Assembly (NCBI GenBank): GCA_038207085.1
Contig: JBBRAE010000042.1
Span: forward strand, 1 to 21,641
Reading direction: 5' to 3'
Length of the DNA stretch: 21,641 bases
Origin: Armatimonadota bacterium
GTDB lineage: Bacteria > Armatimonadota > UBA5829 > DTLH01
Below are positions 18,008 through 21,641 of this stretch, piece by piece (the first letter of the stretch is position 1; every line of letters starts with the position of its first letter). The notes below the pieces were generated by a model. It had not been told where the DNA came from and made no database searches. It was given only the letters and a program-made list of their open reading frames with translations. The translations under genes and the position numbers were made by a program.

Positions 18008-18514
18008 TCAGGACTCGTAGACGACTATATCGGCGAGTTCCTTGCGATTTTTGGGTCTTCCCTGGTCGTTCGGGTAGCCGAGCGTCGTCAGGCAGATGGG
18101 GTCCCAACCGTCGGGGATTTTGAAGACCTCACGGGCGGCGTCTTCGTCGAAAGCGGCGATCCAACACGCGCCAAGCCCCTCATTTGCGGCTGCGAGGATC
18201 AGGTGGTCGAGCGCGATAGCTACATCGACCTCGGTGAACGTCTTGCCGTCCCAGCGCGACCAGGACTCAACCGGCACTCCGCAGGCGCAGATCACAAGCG
18301 GAGCCTCGACGAACCACTCGGACTTGTAGACCCGCGACAGCTCTGCCTCGCGGCCCTGCGTAGGGACCACGATCAACCTGAACGGCTGCCTGTTCGCCGC
18401 TGTCGGAGCAAGCCTCGCCGCATCCAAAACCCGTTCGAGCTTTTCAGCCTCCACAGGATCGGGCTTGTAGCTTCGCACACTGTATCTTGACCTGATAAGT
18501 TCGGAAAACTCCAC
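18008..18514 (-). CDS. Nitroreductase family (FMN-dependent) protein
   Basis: RSRYSVRSY, ARLAPTAANRQP, LAAANEGLGACWI, LGYP. Confidence 0.9.
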   Translation of the reverse strand: MEFSELIRSRYSVRSYKPDPVEAEKLERVLDAARLAPTAANRQPFRLIVVPTQGREAELSRVYKSEWFVEAPLVICACGVPVESWSRWDGKTFTEVDVAIALDHLILAAANEGLGACWIAAFDEDAAREVFKIPDGWDPICLTTLGYPNDQGRPKNRKELADIVVYES

Positions 18515-18767
18515 GATCTCACCGCCGTTTCATTGACGCTCACGGTCGCCTCAGAGATAGCAAGGGGACTATAATAATAATTCTACGTCAGCGTCACACT
18601 AACCTTCAAGCATCGCCCGGGATTTATTATAGATGCCCATATTGTTACAAGAAATAAACTCAGCACAACGCCGTGCCAGCCGTTGGTATGCTGCTGGAAC
18701 GTTTCGGTTAGCACAAGCTATGGGCTTTGCACCATTCAGTTCCCGCAGCATAAAGGGACTGTCTGCA

Positions 18768-18796
18768 TTGACTCCTGGGCTGGTCGGTGTTAAATT
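18768..18796 (+). promoter_or_regulatory. Sigma70-type promoter TTGACT-N17-TAAATT with extended TG
   Basis: Direct match; ends 10 nt before ATG 18807. Confidence 0.6.
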
Positions 18797-18806
18797 ACTC
18801 AGTAAT

Positions 18807-19313
18807 ATGATCTCGCTTTTGCTTCAGATTCTGACGTTTCCCGGCGTGATAGTCCACGAGATGGCGCACGTTCACTTTTGCCGACGCTCAGGGGTCGTTG
18901 TGCATAAGGCGTGCTACTTTCGGTTCGGGAGGCCGGCGGGTTACGTGATCCACGATATGCCGGAGACCGCCTGGCAGAGCATGATGATCGGCACCGGGCC
19001 GTTTTGGGTGAACACTCTGATCGGCGCGCTTCTGGGGGTGCTTTCGGTGCTTGTGACGGGGCGTCGGCTGGAGTGGGGCATCACCTGGCTTGCTGTCTCG
19101 ATCGCTATGCACGCCTTCCCCAGCACCGGGGACGCCAAAAACATCTGGCGGGCGGCGTGGTCCGGGCGGGGTTCGATCTTCTCAAGAATCGTCTGCGCGC
19201 CGGTCGTTGTGGCGATCTACGTGGGGGCGATCGGCTCGGTCTTTTGGCTCGATCTGCTCTACGGGGTGGCGGTCGGGGTGGGCTTGCCGAGGCTGTTTAA
19301 GTTTCCGTTGTAG
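18807..19313 (+). CDS. Small membrane HExxH zinc-metalloprotease-like protein (M50-like/DUF3267-like)
   Basis: TFPGVIVHEMAH, GYVIH, GPFWVN, AFPSTGD; start placed at 18807 from the promoter position rather than 18633. Confidence 0.75.
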   Translation: MISLLLQILTFPGVIVHEMAHVHFCRRSGVVVHKACYFRFGRPAGYVIHDMPETAWQSMMIGTGPFWVNTLIGALLGVLSVLVTGRRLEWGITWLAVSIAMHAFPSTGDAKNIWRAAWSGRGSIFSRIVCAPVVVAIYVGAIGSVFWLDLLYGVAVGVGLPRLFKFPL

Positions 19314-19403
19314 AGAATAATGCGTTTTGTCTACTTAACCTGGGTACGTTCTATGTGGTAATATAGGGAAATTCGCTTGCCGGGAAGGGTTACAATTCGT
19401 TCT

Positions 19404-20618
19404 ATGCGATATTTCGTGCTTGTGGTATCGGTGCTGATACAGTTCTGTCTGGGCGGAGTCTACGCTTGGAGCACGTTCGTGCCCGAACTTAAGGCGATCG
19501 GACTTTCGACCTCCCAGACCCAGCTCATATTTGGGACGACGTTCGCCGTGTTCACAGGTGTGATGATCTTCGCCGGGAGGCTCCAGGACAAGCACGGGCC
19601 GAGGTTTGTCGCGCCGATCGGTGGGGTTTTCCTAGGCGCGGGGTATCTGGTCTGTTCATATTCCCACGGTGCGTTTCTGCCGATGTTTCTCGGTTACGGT
19701 GTGCTCGGCGGCGTGGGGATCGGCTTCACCTATGTATGTCCGCTTGCGACGTGCGTCAAGTGGTTTCCTCACCGAAAGGGGCTCGCGGCTGGGGTGGTCA
19801 TCGCGGGCTATGGCGCGGGTGCGATCCTCCTTACGGCGATTGCCGAGTCACTTTTTGCGCGGGGATACACTGTTTTCGAGATATTCAGGCTGGTCGGCAT
19901 CGTCTACGGTGGGCTGATAACCGTCCTGTCGCTCTTGTTGTTCACCCCTAAGGTCTGCTTGCACGATGCTGACCGGAAGTACTCCCTCATCGAACTCCTG
20001 CGCGACCGGTCGTTCCTGCGCCTTGCGCTTGGGATGTTCTGCGGCACGTTTGCGGGGATGATGATCGTCGGAAACGTGAAGTCCATTGGTCTCTCCTACG
20101 GTGTGACGGCGGCGCTTGCGACTCTTTCGATCAGTACTTTTGCCATCGGAAACGCACTTGGCCGCGTCTCCTGGGGGTATGTCTCAGACCGCATCGGACA
20201 CAACACGATCCCCCTCTCGCTCGCCGTCTCTACGCTTGCCGTTGCGGCGTTGATCCCGTTTGGCGGGACGCCTGCTTTCGCGCTTGTTGCCGCGTTTATC
20301 GCCTTCGGTTTCGGCGCAAACTTCGTGATTTATGCCGCTGAGGTGGCATCGAGATATGGAGCCGACGCCGTCGGGAGCGTCTACCCGATCGTGCTCTTCT
20401 TCTATGGTTTATCAAGCATTGCAGGTCCGTTGGTAGGTGGCAAGCTCTTCGATATGACAGGCAGCTACGGCGCTTCGATCATCACAGCCGCCGCAGTGAC
20501 GGCGCTCGGTATAGTTATAACCCGCCTCTTGGTCACAACCGAGCCGACTCTTCCGCCCGGCGCAATAGACCCAGGCGATCTTGATGATCACGAGTTCGCC
20601 GAAGTCGGCGGTGTTTGA
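19404..20618 (+). CDS. MFS transporter, oxalate:formate antiporter (OFA) family
   Basis: LGGVYAWS, GRLQDKHGPR, KWFPHRKGLAAG, GRVSWGYVSDRIG; about 12 TM. Confidence 0.88.
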   Translation: MRYFVLVVSVLIQFCLGGVYAWSTFVPELKAIGLSTSQTQLIFGTTFAVFTGVMIFAGRLQDKHGPRFVAPIGGVFLGAGYLVCSYSHGAFLPMFLGYGVLGGVGIGFTYVCPLATCVKWFPHRKGLAAGVVIAGYGAGAILLTAIAESLFARGYTVFEIFRLVGIVYGGLITVLSLLLFTPKVCLHDADRKYSLIELLRDRSFLRLALGMFCGTFAGMMIVGNVKSIGLSYGVTAALATLSISTFAIGNALGRVSWGYVSDRIGHNTIPLSLAVSTLAVAALIPFGGTPAFALVAAFIAFGFGANFVIYAAEVASRYGADAVGSVYPIVLFFYGLSSIAGPLVGGKLFDMTGSYGASIITAAAVTALGIVITRLLVTTEPTLPPGAIDPGDLDDHEFAEVGGV

Positions 20619-20626
20619 GAGGGAAT

Positions 20627-20670
20627 CTAGCAAAGCATTATTCACGCTCCTCGTGAATAATGCGGGTTAG
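20627..20670. repeat. 44-bp CTAG-bounded palindromic element, copy 1
   Basis: CTAGCAAAGCATTATTCACG-CTCCT-CGTGAATAATGCGGGTTAG; 12-bp perfect inverted repeat. Confidence 0.9.
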
Positions 20671-20686
20671 TCAAGAATCAAATCTG

Positions 20687-20715
20687 TTGCAGAGTTAGGT
20701 CGTTTAGGGTATATT
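20687..20715 (+). promoter_or_regulatory. Promoter of the TA operon, TTGCAG-N17-TATATT
   Basis: Near-consensus hexamers with 17-bp spacer; palindrome at 20725-20754 may be an operator. Confidence 0.5.
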
Positions 20716-20770
20716 AACCATGTGAACCCATTGATTCGGTAGAATCGCGGGGTTGAAGGATGGTAATCAA

Positions 20771-21073
20771 ATGTCAACTACGGCACACGGAAAGGCATCC
20801 GAGGCTGCTACCGTATCCAGTGAAGAGGTCAGGCTCACCCTTGGGGAGATCATCAATCGCGTCAAATACAGAAGCGAGCGCATAAGAGTAACTCGCCGCG
20901 GCAAGCCGGTTATGGCTCTTGTTCCGGTTGAGGATCTGGAGTTTATGGAGAATGTCCTTGACGCGCTCGAAGATGAACTGGACATCCCCTTGATCAAAGA
21001 ACGTTTGCACGAGTACCAGGAAACTGGGTTTGCGATCCCCTGGAAACAGATCAAAGCTGAACGCGGGCTATGA
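20771..21073 (+). CDS. Type II antitoxin, Phd/YefM family
   Basis: LGEIINRV...ERIRVTRRGKPVMALVP, acidic C-terminus ending IPWKQIKAERGL. Confidence 0.85.
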   Translation: MSTTAHGKASEAATVSSEEVRLTLGEIINRVKYRSERIRVTRRGKPVMALVPVEDLEFMENVLDALEDELDIPLIKERLHEYQETGFAIPWKQIKAERGL

Positions 21074-21357
21074 ATTATGAGGTCATATTTCACACGGGAG
21101 CGCTCAGGGAGTTTGACAAGCTCCCTAAGTCTATTCAGCAGAAGATAGCTGAAGTCCTTGACGGGCTTTCTGACGATCCAAGACCGCGCGGAGTCAGGAA
21201 ACTGGAGTCAATAAGCGCATACCGAATCCGAGTAGGCGACTACCGCATTGCTTATACTATTGAGGACGACAGGCTGATAGTCCTGGTGGTGAGAGTTGGG
21301 CACAGGAAAGACCTCTACAAGGACGCTGATACTATCAGGCAGAGGATCAAATCGTAA
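21070..21357 (+). CDS. relE: Type II toxin, RelE/ParE superfamily (RelE/StbE-like)
   Basis: DPRPRGVRKL, YRIRVGDYRIAY, VGHRKDLY; ATGA overlap with the antitoxin. Confidence 0.88.
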   Translation: MNYEVIFHTGALREFDKLPKSIQQKIAEVLDGLSDDPRPRGVRKLESISAYRIRVGDYRIAYTIEDDRLIVLVVRVGHRKDLYKDADTIRQRIKS

Positions 21358-21373
21358 GCGAGCTGAAATGATA

Positions 21374-21394
21374 CCTCCGCCCTCGTGGCGGAGG
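21374..21394. terminator. Hairpin downstream of relE
   Basis: CCTCCGCC-CTCGT-GGCGGAGG; no U-tract. Confidence 0.4.
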
Positions 21395-21425
21395 AGGATC
21401 ACGTGGTTCCCCGGAGCGGCATCCA

Positions 21426-21506
21426 CTAGCCCGCTTTATTCGTGAAGCGAATAAAGCTCTCGCTAGCAAAGCATTATTCACGCTCCTCGTGAATAATGCA
21501 GGCTAG
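21426..21506. repeat. Two abutting CTAG-bounded palindromic elements (variant 21426-21466; copy 2 at 21463-21506)
   Basis: 21463-21506 is 42/44 identical to 20627-20670; 21426-21466 has the inverted repeat GCTTTATTCG/CGAATAAAGC and shares the CTAG at 21463-21466. Confidence 0.9.
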
Positions 21507-21518
21507 CCCCAATACGGT

Positions 21519-21641
21519 TCATATTAGGCCTCCCGCAGTATTCTGAGAGTTCATTAATACGCCCATACTGGTTTCTTCTTTGCGGGGAACACCGACTACG
21601 ATGATGTGGTCGGTGGCCTCGATCCGAGTGTTGCACGGCTC
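21519..21641 (-). CDS. 3' end of a gene entering from the right edge, possibly with a C-terminal TrkA-C (RCK_C) domain
   Basis: Manual translation ...EPCNTRIEATDHIIVVGVPRK...GGLI*; PxxTRIxxxDxIIVVG resembles the end of TrkA-C. Confidence 0.5.
   Translation of the reverse strand, partial: EPCNTRIEATDHIIVVGVPRKEETSMGVLMNSQNTAGGLI

Noticed and set aside
17975..18490. 171-aa plus-strand ORF
   Set aside because: Antisense shadow of the nitroreductase
18633..18806. N-terminal extension of the HExxH protein
   Set aside because: Contains a near-consensus promoter and looks like intergenic DNA
20627..21506. Integron attC sites around the TA module
   Set aside because: Elements are only 44 bp, lack paired RYYYAAC/GTTRRRY core sites and extrahelical bases, and no intI is in the window

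Overview
Bacterial chromosomal window, probably from a diderm (soluble signal-peptidase-I binding proteins, a likely outer-membrane beta-barrel); an Armatimonadota-like origin is only a tentative impression. Left to right: (i) start of a divergent secreted-protein gene; (ii) a four-gene surface-glycosylation operon (GT-C-like membrane transferase, WxcM-type N-acetyltransferase/3,4-ketoisomerase, FdtB/QdtB-type aminotransferase, GtrB/ArnC-like GT2) that would make a 3-acetamido-3,6-dideoxyhexose and deliver it via a lipid carrier; (iii) a GNAT gene behind a collapsed ABC-2 transporter remnant; (iv) a REP-rich spacer; (v) an aryl-acid uptake/activation cluster (PaaK-like ligase, ACT protein, two tandem Liv-type binding proteins, LivH/M/G/F, a second divergent ligase); (vi) a putative porin; (vii) a collapsed secreted-protein pseudogene, nitroreductase, HExxH membrane protein and OFA-family MFS; (viii) a Phd/YefM-RelE toxin-antitoxin pair bracketed by 44-bp CTAG-bounded palindromic direct repeats; (ix) the 3' end of a possible TrkA-C protein. 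Four small repeat families occur in intergenic DNA. No rRNA, tRNA, CRISPR array or transposase was seen. All functional calls come from motif recognition by eye, not database searches.
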